From contig JAWMAR010000563.1 of the NCBI GenBank assembly GCA_036785375.1, positions 1,116,001 through 1,180,000 on the forward strand: a DNA stretch of 64,000 nt, in the 5' to 3' direction. Both the position numbers and the translations under genes were made by a program. This document shows positions 11,921 through 25,199 of the stretch, piece by piece. This DNA comes from Leucoraja ocellata (lineage: Eukaryota). The notes beneath the pieces are model-generated. The model searched no databases and had not been told where the DNA came from. It worked only from the letters and a program-made list of their open reading frames with translations. Position 1 is the stretch's first letter. Each line of letters starts with the position of its first letter.

Positions 11921-12947
11921 TACCAGTTTGAAGGAGGAATGGGTCAGAGGCTGGTAAGTGGCAAGTGAAATCTGGTGGTGGGGGGATGATGGGCAGGTGA
12001 ACACCAGTGGTGTCGATAAGCTGAAATATGACAAGTTAATATCCCATGAAGATACCCAGGTGGAGTATCAGGTATTTTGCTTCCAATTTACAGTGCACAA
12101 GGTTAACGACAGACGGGTCAATGTGAGAGTGGGACGGGGTGTTAAAATACCATACATCAGATCTCAGTATGATCTTTGCTTCAAAGTGTTTGTGCTCTAC
12201 AAAATGGTTGACGTCTAAGCTAGTTTCTCCAAAGTAGAGAAGACAACAATGTGAATACTGAATGCAGTAGAGAAAGTTGAAAGAGGTGCAAGTTTATTCT
12301 CCTTTTGTTCACCTCTTCCTCCTCCTCTCCTACCGGTTTCCATCTATCCATGATCCTCTCCCCACCTGGTTCTATGTTTGATCTACCAGCCTCTGTCCTA
12401 TCCCTCCCTGATTGCTATATATTGGCAATCCTTCCTCTTCCCTAACAGGTCAGGTGCAGGTTCTTGTCCCTATTTGTGACATAAACTATTTGTCCCAATA
12501 ATTTTTCTTGAGCCATTGAATGCTTTCAATGAAACCCACTGAGTTTCTCCAGCATTTTGGTGTACCTAATGATTTAAGTCTTCTGTTTTTAGTTGCGGAT
12601 TCTAGTAGCTATAGTCATTATTGGATAGAATATATTTTGATTTAACACTGCATTTAGTTTGAGACTCAGCACCAATAAATGTTGTTACATAATGCTTGGT
12701 TATTTGATGATGTCAAAAAGTATTGATTGTTTGTACTTTGTACATTTCTAATCTAAATGCAAAGAATTTATCATCCACAAGTATATAAAATTATCCACGG
12801 TGACTGGTGGCACAGAGATCAAGTTCATTTTATGTGGCTGGTTTGGTACAAGTGCTGCTCTTGAGATTTTGCCTGATAATAGTTCCCTGAAGAATGTGTT
12901 TGATGAATAGATTATTGAGTATAAGATTTTTGGAAATAAATGGGCAA

Positions 12948-13881
12948 TAAAAGATGGAAGTAATGGTTTTTGGTGGCACCACTGGGGCCCCCCCTGTAGA
13001 TCTGGGCTCCCTGGCCCAGTATATTAAACCAAGCATCATAAACCTAGGGGTTAAAGTGGACCCTGAGCTAAAATTTGACAGTCAGATCAAGGCTGTTGTT
13101 CAATCAAGCTTTTTCCATTTGAGGCAGCTGGCCAAAATAAAGCCAATTCTGTCAAGGCAGCACTTTGAGACGGTAATCCACGCCTTTGTTACCACTCGGC
13201 TGGATTACTGCAATGCACTGTATGTGGGGGTCCTCCATCGCCCGTCTCCAGATGGTACAGAATGCAGCTGTACGTCTTTTAACTGGCACACGTAAACATG
13301 AGCACATTTCGCACATTTTAGCCTCACTCCACTGGTTGCCTATTCAGTTTAGGATCCATTTTAAAATTATTTTATTTGCTTTTAAATCCCTGAATGGTCT
13401 TGCCCCGCCCAACCTATCTGAGCTTCTACACCCTTATACACCCGCCCGCTCTCTCAGGTCAGATAATCAGCTGCTCCTGAGTGGGCCTAAAACTAAGTAG
13501 AAGCTCAGAGGGGACCGTGCCTTTGCTGTGTCGGCACCCAAATTACGGAACGACCCGCCTCTCCACATTAAACAGGCCTCTTCTCTGTCTATTTTTAAAT
13601 CACTTCTTAAAACCCATCTCTTCTCCGTGGCCTTTGATACCCAGTAAGATGTCGACTTTATTTACTTGATTTAATTTCTTTTTTGATTGCTTTATTGCGT
13701 GGTTATTATTTTTACTCATGTTTTATGTCTTTTAATTTATTGTTGTATTTCATATGTAATTTTTGCGCTTTATGTGAGCTGTTATGTTGTCTGTTTATGA
13801 TGTCTTGTTTATTCTTCTGTACAGCACTTTGGTCAACATTGGTTGTCTTAAAGTGCTTAACAAATAAAGTTGGATTGGATT
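12948..13881 (+). mobile_element. L2-clade LINE 3' fragment
   Basis: NLGVKVDPELKFDSQI...TRLDYCNAL; QNAAVRLL...LHWLPI...; aataaag(ttgga)n tail. Confidence 0.9.
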
Positions 13882-14673
13882 AAATCCAAGTAAACACATT
13901 GGATTGCACCATGTATGATAGTGGCTTCATTTTGTAAAGTAAAGCCAAGACATATCGCCAATTAATATGCAAGGCACAACATTACATTGTTGTTAAAAAA
14001 TGTAATGGCTCCATTTATTTGCAGGAGCATCAATCACAGTTTTAATCCGCCAAAGTTGATTTTGTATTTTCTGAAGAAAGAATGGAACAAAATGATCAAA
14101 AATGAATTGGCAGTCAAAGTGATACAAGGTTGTAGTGGAGACAAGTGTGTAGGAACAGGCCACTCTGCCTATCCTGCCAATACTGGTGCATAATCATCAG
14201 CCTCTTTCCACCTTATGTGATCTACAACATGGTTGGCAAGTCCATGCTGGATTCTCTTTTGTGTTTGCCCAGCCTTCCCCTAAATGCATTTCATTGATCT
14301 GGATCCTCATTCTCACCAGTATTGGGTGGGAGGGGAGGAGAGGGAGCATTATCTGTAGAATTCCCTGCTGGATTTTAGGATGGAAATGGTTTCACCATAG
14401 TCATTCATTTAAAACATCTATGTATTTTAATATCACCCTTCAGCCACTTCTCAAAGGGGTGGAGGACTTGCACAGGGAGATTCGATGACCATGTTTTGTT
14501 TATATTATCCAAACATTTTTTTAATATAGGTTAGTACTTGCATATATAGTACTTAGTATAAGCAGTGCTTATCAATACAGTAGTGTTTTTTGCATCTTGA
14601 GTAAACATTGAAATAGCATTGGATGGTGTGCTCAGAAAATTATTTCTGATTTGTCCTGATTTGATTTGACATT

Positions 14674-15976
14674 GGACAAAGTCAGCATGGATTTACGAAA
14701 GGTAAATCATGTCTGACGAATCTTATAGAATTTTTAGAGGATGTAACTAGAAGCGTGGATAGGGGAGAACCAGTGGATGTGGTGTATCTGGACTTCCAGA
14801 AGGCTTTCGACAAGGTCCCACATAAGAGATTAGTATACAAACTTAAAGCACACGGCATTGGGGGTTCAGTATTGATGTGGATAGAGAACTGGCTGGCAAA
14901 CAGGAAGCAAAGAGTAGGAGTAAACGGGTCCTTTTCACAATGGCGGGCAGTGACTAGTGGGGTACAGCAAGGCTCCGTGCTGGGACCCCAGCTATTTACA
15001 ATATATATTAATGATCTGGATGAGAGAATTGAAGGCAATATCTCTAAGTTTGCGGATGACACGAAGCTGGGGGGCAGTGTTAGCTGCGAGGAGGATGCTA
15101 AGAGACTGCAAGGTGACTTGGATCGGCTGGGTGGGTGGGCAAATGTTTGGCAGATGCAGTATAATGTGGATAAATGTGAGGTTATCCATTTTGGTGGCAA
15201 AAACAGGAAAGCAGACTATTATGTAAATGGTGGCCGATTAGGAAAAGGGGAGATGCAGCGAGACCTGGGTGTCATGGTACACCAGTGATTGAAAGTAGGC
15301 ATGCAGGTGCAGCAGGCAGTGAAGAAAGCTAATGGTATATTAGCTTTCATAGCAAAAGGATTTGAGTATAGGAGCAGGGAGGTTCTACTGCAGTTGTACA
15401 GGGTCTTGGTGAGACCACACCTGGAGTATTGCGTACAGTTTTGGTCTCCTAATCTGAGGAAAGACATTCTTGCCATAGAGGGAGTACAGAGAAGGTTCAC
15501 CAGACTGATTCCTGGGATGTCAGCACTGTTTTATGAAGAAAGACTGGATAGACTTGGTTTATACTCTCTAGAATTTAGGAGATTGAGAGGGGATCTTTTA
15601 GAAACTTACAAAATTCTTAAGGGGTTGGACAGGCTAGATGCAGGAAGATTGTTCCCAATGTTGGGGAAGTCCAGGACAAGGGATCACAGCTTAAGTATAA
15701 GGGGGAAATCCTTTAAAACCGAGGTGAGAAAAACTTTTTTCACACAGTGGTGAATCTCTGGAACTCTCTGCCACAGAGGGTAGTTGAGGCCAGTTCATTG
15801 GCTATATTTAAGAGGGAGTTTGATGTGGCCCTTGTGGCTAAGGGGATCAGAGGGTATGGAGAGAAGGCAGGCACGGGATACTGAGTTGGATGATCAGCCA
15901 TGATCATATTGAATGGTGGTGCAGGTACGAAGGGCCGAATGGCCTACTCATGCATCTAATTTCTATGTTTCTATGT
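14674..15976 (+). mobile_element. CR1 LINE family B, 5'-truncated
   Basis: YLDFQKAFDKVPH, QGSVLGP, KFADDTK, LVRPHLEYC; ttctatgt tail. Confidence 0.95.
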
Positions 15977-18000
15977 CCTCGATTTGTGGACACCAAACCA
16001 ATGTAAGCATCTGTCTTATCTGCAAGAAAGGCATGGGCACCAGGATCTCTGTTCCTTTTAAGCATCCAGTTATCATGTTCTTTGATGCAGAGGAAATGTG
16101 GCCAGGATGAATACAAAAATGTTGAAATGCAGAATATTAAAGTTTAGCCTTAACTATTATTCAATGTGATTAATTGTGACCCAAATTATGTACCTTGATC
16201 CTTTTATTTCTCCCCATCACATCTGATCCTTTGACCATACGAATAACATATAACTCCTTGAATACATTTAATGATCTGTGTTCAACTGCTTCCAGTGGTA
16301 TAACATTCCACACATTCATCAGATCTGATGCCTGATCTTCAGATTGTGACCACTGGGTCCTGAACTGACCTGATTTCCCTCTTGAATATATGGATATGTA
16401 AATATATATTCACATATGTGTGTGTATACCTGCGAGTATGTGCGTATATATATATGCACACTGATTTTTTTCTCTTGTTTTTCATATTGTTTACCGTGTA
16501 CTATGTTTACATATTCCGTTGTGCTGCAGCGAGTAAGAATTTCATTAGACTATCTGGGACATATGACAATAAAACACTCTTGACTCTCTTGGATCTGTAC
16601 AGACCCATAAGAATCTTGTAGTTGATTTTGAATGGTCCTAATCAGAGATGTAATAATAATTGCCCTAATGCCCTAATAGCCCTTCATACATTAGTCCTCC
16701 CATCCATGAAATCTGATGAACTTTCACAGCACTCCCTCCATAACAAGAACATTCTTCCTAAGATCAGGAGACTAAAACTGCAGATGCCGTGGTCTTGGCA
16801 GGTTTCTCAGAATAACATGATGTATCTTTAGAAAGGAGGAATCTCTTCTGCCAGAGGGTGGTGAGTCACATATTAAGTTCTTGGAGCTCTGGAAAATTAT
16901 CAATCTTTGATGGGAAGAATGGATGGAGAGGTTGTTAATTTTGCTGAAGGGTTTGAGAGAGGACAAGGAATTATATGCAACGTGCGTTTGGAATTTCAAG
17001 TGTATGGCACGTGGATGATGTGTAGTTGAGTCCATTATGCCCTTAATGCATTGGAAAAGGTAAACAGGGTTTTCACCTAAGATGACATTTTCTGCAAACA
17101 GCAATTTATGGTAAGGAAGTAGGCTGGCCTTGGGAAACAATTAGATGATTGAGGGCTCGCTTAGAATAACTGTAAAATTATGGAGCAGCCATATTTACAG
17201 TGTAGCTAAAGGATAAGTTAAACCTTTTTTTATCTGACACATGCAAGAATAGCTCGGCTATTGATTTAATGCAGAACCTTTGAAGGACAGTCCCGCAAGA
17301 TCTCTATACCAGCCATCATAAATAGGAATCTCCAATGGGCAGAAGACTGTGAGACTTGATGGTATTTGCCGCTGCTTCTATCATTTAACACATTGAGCTG
17401 AAGCCATGAGATTTGTTGCTTTTTTAATGCTTTGTCTTGTAATTTGATGTAATAAAGATAGTCATTTGTAACACTGAAATTTCTTTCTCCGTTCATTGAT
17501 CAGAATCCTATTTATGTTTCATTACAAAGAGAGAATTGGATAAACGTATTGTTAGCAAAAACATGCAAAACTACAGTCGAAGGGCTGGGGTTGAACAAGT
17601 GCTCTTCTCCAGTAGAGAGGTGACACACCAGCTGGAAAGTGTCCAGAGAAGATTTACAAGGAGACTTGATAGTGGCATTTGAATTATTTAGAACGGCATA
17701 GATATGCAGGGAAAGGTGGGATATGGAACATGTGTTGGTAGGGGAGATTAGTTCAACTTGGCATCACGTTCGGAACACGTGGTGTGGACCAAAGGGCCTG
17801 TTCCTACGCTGAACTGTTCTGCAAGTCAGTGAGTTTATGTTCAGGGAAGGTGAGGGTGAGAAGGCTCTGATTTCATTCCTTAGAGTGCAGGAGGATGGGA
17901 AGATTTGAAAGAGGTTTACAAAATTATGAGAGCAATCAATCACGTAAATGCGCATGAGTATTTTGCCATAATGGGGGACTCGAGAACCAGGGGACAGAGA

Positions 18001-18210
18001 TGGTAGACAAAAGTGCTGGAGAAACTTAGCGGGTGCGGCAGCATCTATGGAGTGAAGGAAATAGGAAACGTTTCGGGCCAAAACCGAAGAAAGGTTTCAG
18101 ACCGAAACGTTGCCTATTTCCTTCGCTCCATAGATGCTGCTGCACCCACTGAGTTTCTCCAGCACTTTTGTCTACCTTTGATTTTCCAGCATCTGCAGTT
18201 CCTTCTTTAA
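18001..18210. repeat. Head-to-head foldback of Penelope-derived repeats
   Basis: 18001-18080 is the inverse of 18100-18178. Confidence 0.75.
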
Positions 18211-19210
18211 CAGAGGATATAGATTTACGGTAAGAGTGTGTGAATGGGGAGATTTAATAGAAACCTGGAGGGGTATCATTTTTACACAAAGAATGGTGGG
18301 TATATGGAACGAGCTGCCAGAGGAGGAGGTTGAGACAGGTACCATCATAACAATAAACAGACAATCGGACAGGTACATGCATAGGATAGGTTCAGAGAGT
18401 TATGGGTCAAGCGTGGGGAGTAGGGACTAATATATATAGGGCATGCTGTGTCGAAAAGCCCGTTTCAACGCAGTGTGATGACGCAATCCCACTTTGGCAC
18501 CTTACACATCTTACTAGGAGCAATTTACAGGGGGCAATTAACCTATGTTTATACGAGTTTGGAATGTGGATGGAAACCAGCACCGGGATAAAACCCACGC
18601 AGTCAATGTGAACGTACGACGTTGACAGCTTCCGTAGTCGGAATCAAACCCAGGTCTCCGACGCTGCGAGCCATCCGTTCGACTGCTGCGAAGCTGCACT
18701 TAATTTTTGTTTATAAGTTCTTATTTAAATCAAGTATTTTGGTATAGATATGAGTTCCATGTTTAGGAAATGTGTGAATGGCAGCAATGTTGTTTGCAGG
18801 TGTAGTATCAGGCAAGAGGTAAACTGCCTTGACATCCAGCTAACTCCTCCGCCATCAATCTCTGTGCACATAATAATTGAATCACCATCGTTTTGACCAG
18901 ACAGTGGGACTGGCGCGAACTTGGAAGCTTCAAGTCCTTATGTCCTGGGGAAAACGACTCATTTAGACTGGTATTACTTTTGACCACTGAATGGAAGATT
19001 ATAATAATTTTCCTCTGGCCGGTGGAATCAACACCCTTTCGCTTTCCAAGCGGGCAATTAGTGTTATTCTCCCTTTGAAATCTGCGGTGTAAAAATAGCA
19101 CCTGCCGATCAAGATCCAAATTGACCATCATTCTGATTTGGAAATATGTCGCTGATCCTCAGTATTGCAAAGGCCGAAACGCCCCAAGCCGACAGAATAT
19201 CGTATTCTCT

Positions 19211-21421
19211 AAAGCCAGTAGACAGAGTGTGAGGCAGGAGGCAGGGAAGGAAGCACTCGGACCCAAAATGTAGGGGAGAAAGAAGAAAAATAAAATAAAG
19301 AATAAGAGGCGGTGGGTTTCTTAAATGTGCATATGTTAATGCTAGGAGCATTGTAAGAAAGGTGGATGAGCTTAGAGCCTGGATAGACACCTGGAAGTAC
19401 GATGTGGTGGCGATCAGTGAAACATGGTCGCAGGAGGACTGTGATTGGAAACTAAATATTCCAAGATTTCGTTGCTTCAGGTGTGATAGAGTTGGAGGGG
19501 CAAGAGGTGGAGGTGTTGCATTGCTTGTCAGGGAAGATATTACAGCAGTGCTTTGGCAGGATAGATTGGAGGGCTCGTCTAGGGGGGCTATTTGGGTGGA
19601 ACTGTGGAGTGGGAAAGGTGTAGCAACACTTATAGGGGTGTAGTATAGACCGCCAAATGGGGAGCGAGAATTGGGACAGCAAATATGTAAGGAGCTAGCA
19701 GATATTAATAGTAAGCACAAGGTAGTGATTGTGGAAGATTTCAAATTTCCCCACATAGACTGGGAAACACATTCTGTAAATGGGCTGGATGGTTTGGAGT
19801 TTGCAAAATGTGTGCAGGATAGTTTTTTGCAACAATACATAGAGGTGCCTACTAGAGAAGGGGCAGTGCTGGTCCTCGTGTTAGGAAATGAGACGGGTCA
19901 GGTGGCAGAGGTATGCGTTGGGGAGCACTTCGGGTCCAGTGATCACTATACCATTAGTTTCAATATAATTATGGAGAGGGTCAGAACTGGACCTAGGGTT
20001 GAGATTTTTGATTGGAGAAAGGCTAACTTTGATGAGATGCAAAAGGATTTAAAAGGAGTGAATTGGGACATTTTGTTTTATGGGAAGGATGTAGAAGAGA
20101 AATGGAGGACATTTAAAGGGGAAATTTTAATAGTACAGAATCTTTATGTTCCTGTTCGGTTGAAAGGAAATAGTAAAAGTTGGAAAGAGCCGTGGTTTTC
20201 AAGGGAAATTGGACACTTGGTTCGGAAAAAGAGGGAGATCTACAATAATTATAGGCAGCGTGGAGTGAATGATGTACTGGAAGAGTATAAAGAATGTAAA
20301 AAGAATCTTAAGAAAGAAATTAGAAAAGCTAAAAGAAGATATGAGGTTGCTTTGGCAAGTAAGGGGAAAATAAATCCAATGGGGTTTTACAACTATATTA
20401 ACAGCAAGAGGATAACGAGGGATAAAATGTGTCCATTAGGGACAGCTATCTGCAGAGCCAAAAGAGATGGGGGAGTTATTGAACAATTTATTTTCTTCGG
20501 TATTCACCAAGGAGAAGGATATTGAATTATGTGAGGTGAGGGAAACAAGTAGAATAGCCTTGGATACTATGAGATTCAATGAAAAAGAAGTACTGATACT
20601 TTTGAAAAATATAAAAGTGGATAAGTCTCCAGGTCCGTACAGGATATTCCCTAGGATATTGAGGGATGTTAGTGTAGAAATAGCAGGGGCTATGACAGAA
20701 ACATTTCAAATGTCATTAGGAATGGGAATAGTCCCTAAGGATTGGGGTACTGCGCATGTTGTTCCATTGTTTAAAAAGGTTCTAAGAGTAAACCTAACAA
20801 GATACTTAGAGATACTATGTATAAGCATCTGGATAAACAGGGTCTGATTAGGAACAGTCAACATGGATTTGTGCCTGGAAGGTCATGTTTGACTAATCTT
20901 CTTGAATTTTTTGAAGAAAGTACTAGGGAAATTGATGAGGGTAAAGCAGTGGATGTTGTCTATATGAACTTTAGTTAGGCCTTTGACAACGTTCCTCGTG
21001 GAAGGTTGGTTAAGAAGGTTCAATTGTTGGGTATAAAAGCAGGAGTAGCAAGATGGATTCAACTGTGGCTGAATGGGAGATGCCAGAGAGTAATGGTGGA
21101 TGACTGTTTGTCGGGTTGGAGGCCAGTGACTAGTGGGGTGTCTCAGGGGTCTGTGTTGGGTCCACTGTTGTTTGTCATGTACATCAATGATCTGGATGAA
21201 GGTGTGGATTAGTAAATATGCAGATTATACTAAGATAGGTGGTGTTGTGGATAATGAAGTAGATTTCCAAAGTCAACAGAGAGATTTAGGCCATTTGGAA
21301 GAATGGGCTGAAAGATGGCAGATGGAGTTTATTGCTGATAAGTGTGAGGTGCTACATCTTGGCAGGACAAATCAAAATAGGACGTACATGGTAAATGGTA
21401 GCGAGAGGAGTAAATGGTAGT
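19211..21421 (+). mobile_element. CR1 family A, degenerate APE endonuclease to RT region, 3'-truncated
   Basis: YVNARSI, ISETW, GGGVALLV, DF.FPHIDW, GSSDH; QGSVLGP, KYAD; several frameshifts. Confidence 0.92.
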
Positions 21422-21589
21422 AAATGGTAGCGAGAGGAGGACTTACCTGGAGCTGTGAGTATAAAAACAGCGCGGGGTTTGCTTCTACAGAGGCCCGGGG
21501 AGGTGTTGGTGAGAGGAGGCCTTACCTGGAGCTGTGAGTTAACCAAATCTGCAACGTTCCATCTCACTTCCAGAGAAGGATCCAAGGAT

Positions 21590-21850
21590 TCTCCCAATTC
21601 TGTTAGTCCTTGCTGTCTCCTCCCCTTCCTCAGCTCCCCTGCTGTCTCCTCCCACCCTCCAGCCTTCTGGCTACTCCTCCTTTTCCCTTTCTTGTCCCCA
21701 CCCACCCCCACCCCTGATCAGTCTGAAGAAGGGTTTCGGCCCGAAACGTTGCCTATTTCCTTCGCTCCATAGATGCTGCTGCACCCGCTGAGTTTCTCCA
21801 GCTTTTCTGTGTAACCTTCGATTCTCCAGCATCTGCAGTTCCCTCTTAAA
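21590..21850 (+). mobile_element. Penelope-like terminal repeat fragment
   Basis: Nearly identical (inverted) to 26330-26545; contains a hammerhead core. Confidence 0.75.
21721..21752 (+). ncRNA. Minimal hammerhead ribozyme motif (PLE-type)
   Basis: CTGAAGA-A-GGGTT TC GGCCC-GAAA-CGTT: conserved CUGANGA and GAAA boxes around stem II, then palindromic AACGTT. Confidence 0.6.
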
Positions 21851-21852
21851 CT

Positions 21853-22600
21853 CTGGAACAATCTTCCTGCATCTAGCCTGTCCAACCCCTTAAGAATTTT
21901 GTACGTTTCTATAAGATCTGCACTCAATCTTCTAAATTCTAGCGAGTACAAGCCGAGTCTATCTAGTCTTTCTTCATATGAAAGTCCTGACATCCCAGAA
22001 ATTAGTCTGGTGAACCTTCTCTGTACTCCCTCTATGGCAACAATGCCTTTGAACATTGGACATTGTGACATCACACGATGGAAAGTTCACCAAGTGCTTG
22101 TGCTCCTGCAAAGGCATTTGTAAATGAATCCATTCCGATTGGGCATCTGTGAACATTGGACATTGTGACATCACACGTTGGAACGTTCACCAGGGGCTGG
22201 GGCTGGTGCTGCTTCTATGGGTGAGAAGCCAGTTTATTTTTGAAATATTGGTGGAAGGAGAGAAGGATTTGATTAAAAACGTGTACTTAAACACGACGAA
22301 ATGTAATGAGGAGTGGATACTTAGAAGGAAAAGTGTAATCTCTACCGAAATGGAAAAGATGTCAGCGATTCTGCGTCTGGTTTCGGAGTTGCAGGGAATC
22401 AAAGGAAGAAAGGCAGTCGACAGCCGTCCATGTAAATGGATCCATTCCGATTGGACATCTGCGAGCATTGGGCATTGTGATTGGACATCTGCGAGCATTG
22501 GGCATGGTGCCATCACACGATGGAAACAAATCAAAAGGCAGAAAGACAGGCGGACGGCAGCCAGTCGGATGGCACGAGAGTTTTATATATTAATAGATAG
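21853..22600 (-). mobile_element. Non-autonomous Helitron (same family as 58908-60257) with captured CR1 fragment; 3' end lost
   Basis: Minus-strand start (ATCT)n-TATTAATATATAAAACTCTC; body homologous to 58915-59170 and 59460-59650; same junction into CR1 sequence as at 59650. Confidence 0.8.
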
Positions 22601-22607
22601 ATAGATA

Positions 22608-23902
22608 GTAGTGAAAAGCTTTTGTTTGCGTCATAATCAACTCAGATCAGGAATGACTGAGGGATTGTATTGAATGACAGCGCAGGCTTGTGGGCCTGTT
22701 TCAATGCAATAAACTCCATATTAACGTAGCATATAAAGAATGCAGGTGCTTGTATGTTTGATGATGAGCCCAAAATATTGCTTTGGTAATTCAAGATATT
22801 CTCAGTGTCGCAATGGTAGAGTTGCTGCCTATAGCAGCAGAAACTCAGGTCCATTCCGACTAATGGTGCTGTCTGTACGGTGTTTGTACGTTCTCCCTGA
22901 GTGTGGTGTTTTTCTCTGGGTGCTCCAGTTTCCGCCCACATCTCAAAGAAGTACAGGTTTTTAGGTTAATTCGCTTTGGTAAAATTGTAAATTTTCACTT
23001 GTCGTGGTATAGTACTAGTGTACGGGGAGTCAGCGAGGACTCAGTGGGCCGGAGGACCTGCTTCCGTGCTGCACCTCTGATGTCTAAACTCAAAATGTTA
23101 ATTTCTATTAATTTTAATTTTCATCTCTTAACTAAAATCATTTCAATCAACCCAAACATGACTGTGTTTCTCCCTCACGACACCAGATTTAAGTCTGCAC
23201 TTTTAAAACGGTTTTTAATTTTGCTCGGATAGTGCTGAACTAATTCACTTTTTTAACAGAAGTTGCAACTCACAGCAGTGACCAGAGTAAGCAAGAGACA
23301 TCAAATACATGAACACAAGAAACGAGAAGCAGGAATAGGCCCACAAGTCACTGGCAGACCTTGTCCAAACCAACGTTTTAGTCCATATTACTCATCCACT
23401 GATTGAGGCCACATTATTCTGCTCCCTTCTCCATAAAGTTTAGTTTAGTTTATTATTGTAATGTGTATACAAATACAGTGAGATACTATGTTTTGCATGC
23501 CATCCAGTCATAATACACCATACATGAGTGCAATGATAGACAAGTAAGTGCAGTGGGTCATTGGGTCAGTGCAGGTGCAGTGGGTCATTGTAGAGATCAC
23601 AAGAACAATGATGTATTTGTTGGCCATGAGAAAAGTCTGTTCTGCAGCTCAATTGGGTCATGACTGATCTACTCCTGACCAGAAGTGTCTGTAACCAATA
23701 ACCCACAACTTCCCAAAGAAACAAATCCATCCTTCTCAGTAACGTAATGAATCTACACTCTGCAGTTGAAGATTCCCACCATTCGTTATCATCTGGGAGT
23801 AAATAAAACAATTTTCTCCTCAGTTTGAAACCTTGGCCTCCAAGGTCAAGTTTCCTCCATGAGGGGGAATATCAAGGAGGAAATAGAGTGGTAGGCTATC
23901 AG
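22608..23902 (+). repeat. Segmental duplicate, copy 1 (paralog at 35908-36647); carries an extra ~540-bp block including a V-SINE
   Basis: Near-identical unique sequence: 22608-22671 and 23215-23902 versus 35908-36647. Confidence 0.9.
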
Positions 23903-23974
23903 CCCCATAGATAGTCACCAAACTTGTCCCACCATTCAATAAAATGATCACTGATCAGTTGGCCTCGGCTCCTT

Positions 23975-24465
23975 AGTTTAGTTAGATTTAGAGGTACAGC
24001 ATGGAAACAGGCGCTTAGGCCTGTCCTGGCCAGTGATCCCCACAAACTAACACTGCCCTACATGCACTTGGGGCTAATTAACCTGCAAACCTCTACGTCT
24101 TTGGTGTCTGGGAGGAAGCTGGAGCCCCCAGAGATAACCCACGCATGTCAAGGGGAGAACGTATAAACACCATACATACAACCCCCGTGGTCAGGATCAA
24201 ACCTGGTCTCTGGCACTGTAGTAACTCTACCGCTGCACCTCCGTGCCACCTACACAGTTCTATCCTCTACACATGGGACAATTTACAGATGCCAATTAAC
24301 CTACAAACCTGCAGGCCTTTGTAACTGGGAGGAAACCAAAGCACCATGGGAAAACCAATGTGGTCACAGATAGAACATACAAAGTTGGTACAGACAGCAC
24401 CCGTAGTCAGGATCAAACCTGTCACAGGTACTGCAAGGAAGTAACTCTACTGCTGTGCCACCGTG
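23975..24465 (-). mobile_element. Two tandem V-SINE copies
   Basis: Reverse V-domain and tRNA-like heads. Confidence 0.7.
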
Positions 24466-25199
24466 AGGCCCTTCTGTTTAAAATGTTGGTTGCAAGTTCT
24501 AACTTTATTCATGAGGTTAATCGTCAAGAACACGAGAAAAAATAACAGGAGTAGACTAAGAAGTAGTTACATTACCCCTTAACTCTCAATTGCTTGAATC
24601 TTTCAAAGATTTCTCTATCTGTTCTTAAACATATGTAATGCCTTGGTCACCACAACCTCTGGGCAGAGAATTCCAGCGATTCATTCCCTCCTGAAAGAAG
24701 TGATTTTTATGTACCTCAGTTTTAAACAGCTGGTCCCTTATTCTGTAGTTGTTTCCCATTGACTTTAGACTTTCCCACCAGTGAAACATCTCAAGTTCTA
24801 TCATGAAAAGCCCCTTAAGATATTGCATGTGTGAATAAGGTCATTCATCACTTTCAACACTCCAAGGAATGCAGACCTAAAGTGTTAACCTGTCTTGATG
24901 GGACAACCTTTTCATCTCTTGACTTAGTTTGGTGAATTTCATCTGGTCTGCATCCAATGCTCCTATACCCTTTTAGTGTTAAAACTGTGTCCAGTTATTG
25001 ACTCACTATCATCCTGCATAATTCCAATATAACCTCTATTTCTTAAATTCCATCCCCTTTGCAGTAAAGACTGCATTTATTCCATTGGTTATTGGGCCTG
25101 CTGCTAACTTATTTTGATGCATGCACTTGAATACCAAGATCCCTATTGAACCACTCATTTACAGTCTCACTCCATTTAGACAATAATCCACCATTTAAG

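Noticed and set aside
14024-14193. Alternative cytoplasmic exons for the left gene
   Set aside because: AG sites exist, but they lie beyond a better exon with its own AATAAA and encode no recognisable motif.
14682-15500. Numerous antisense ORFs over CR1 copies
   Set aside because: Shadow frames of LINE ORF2.
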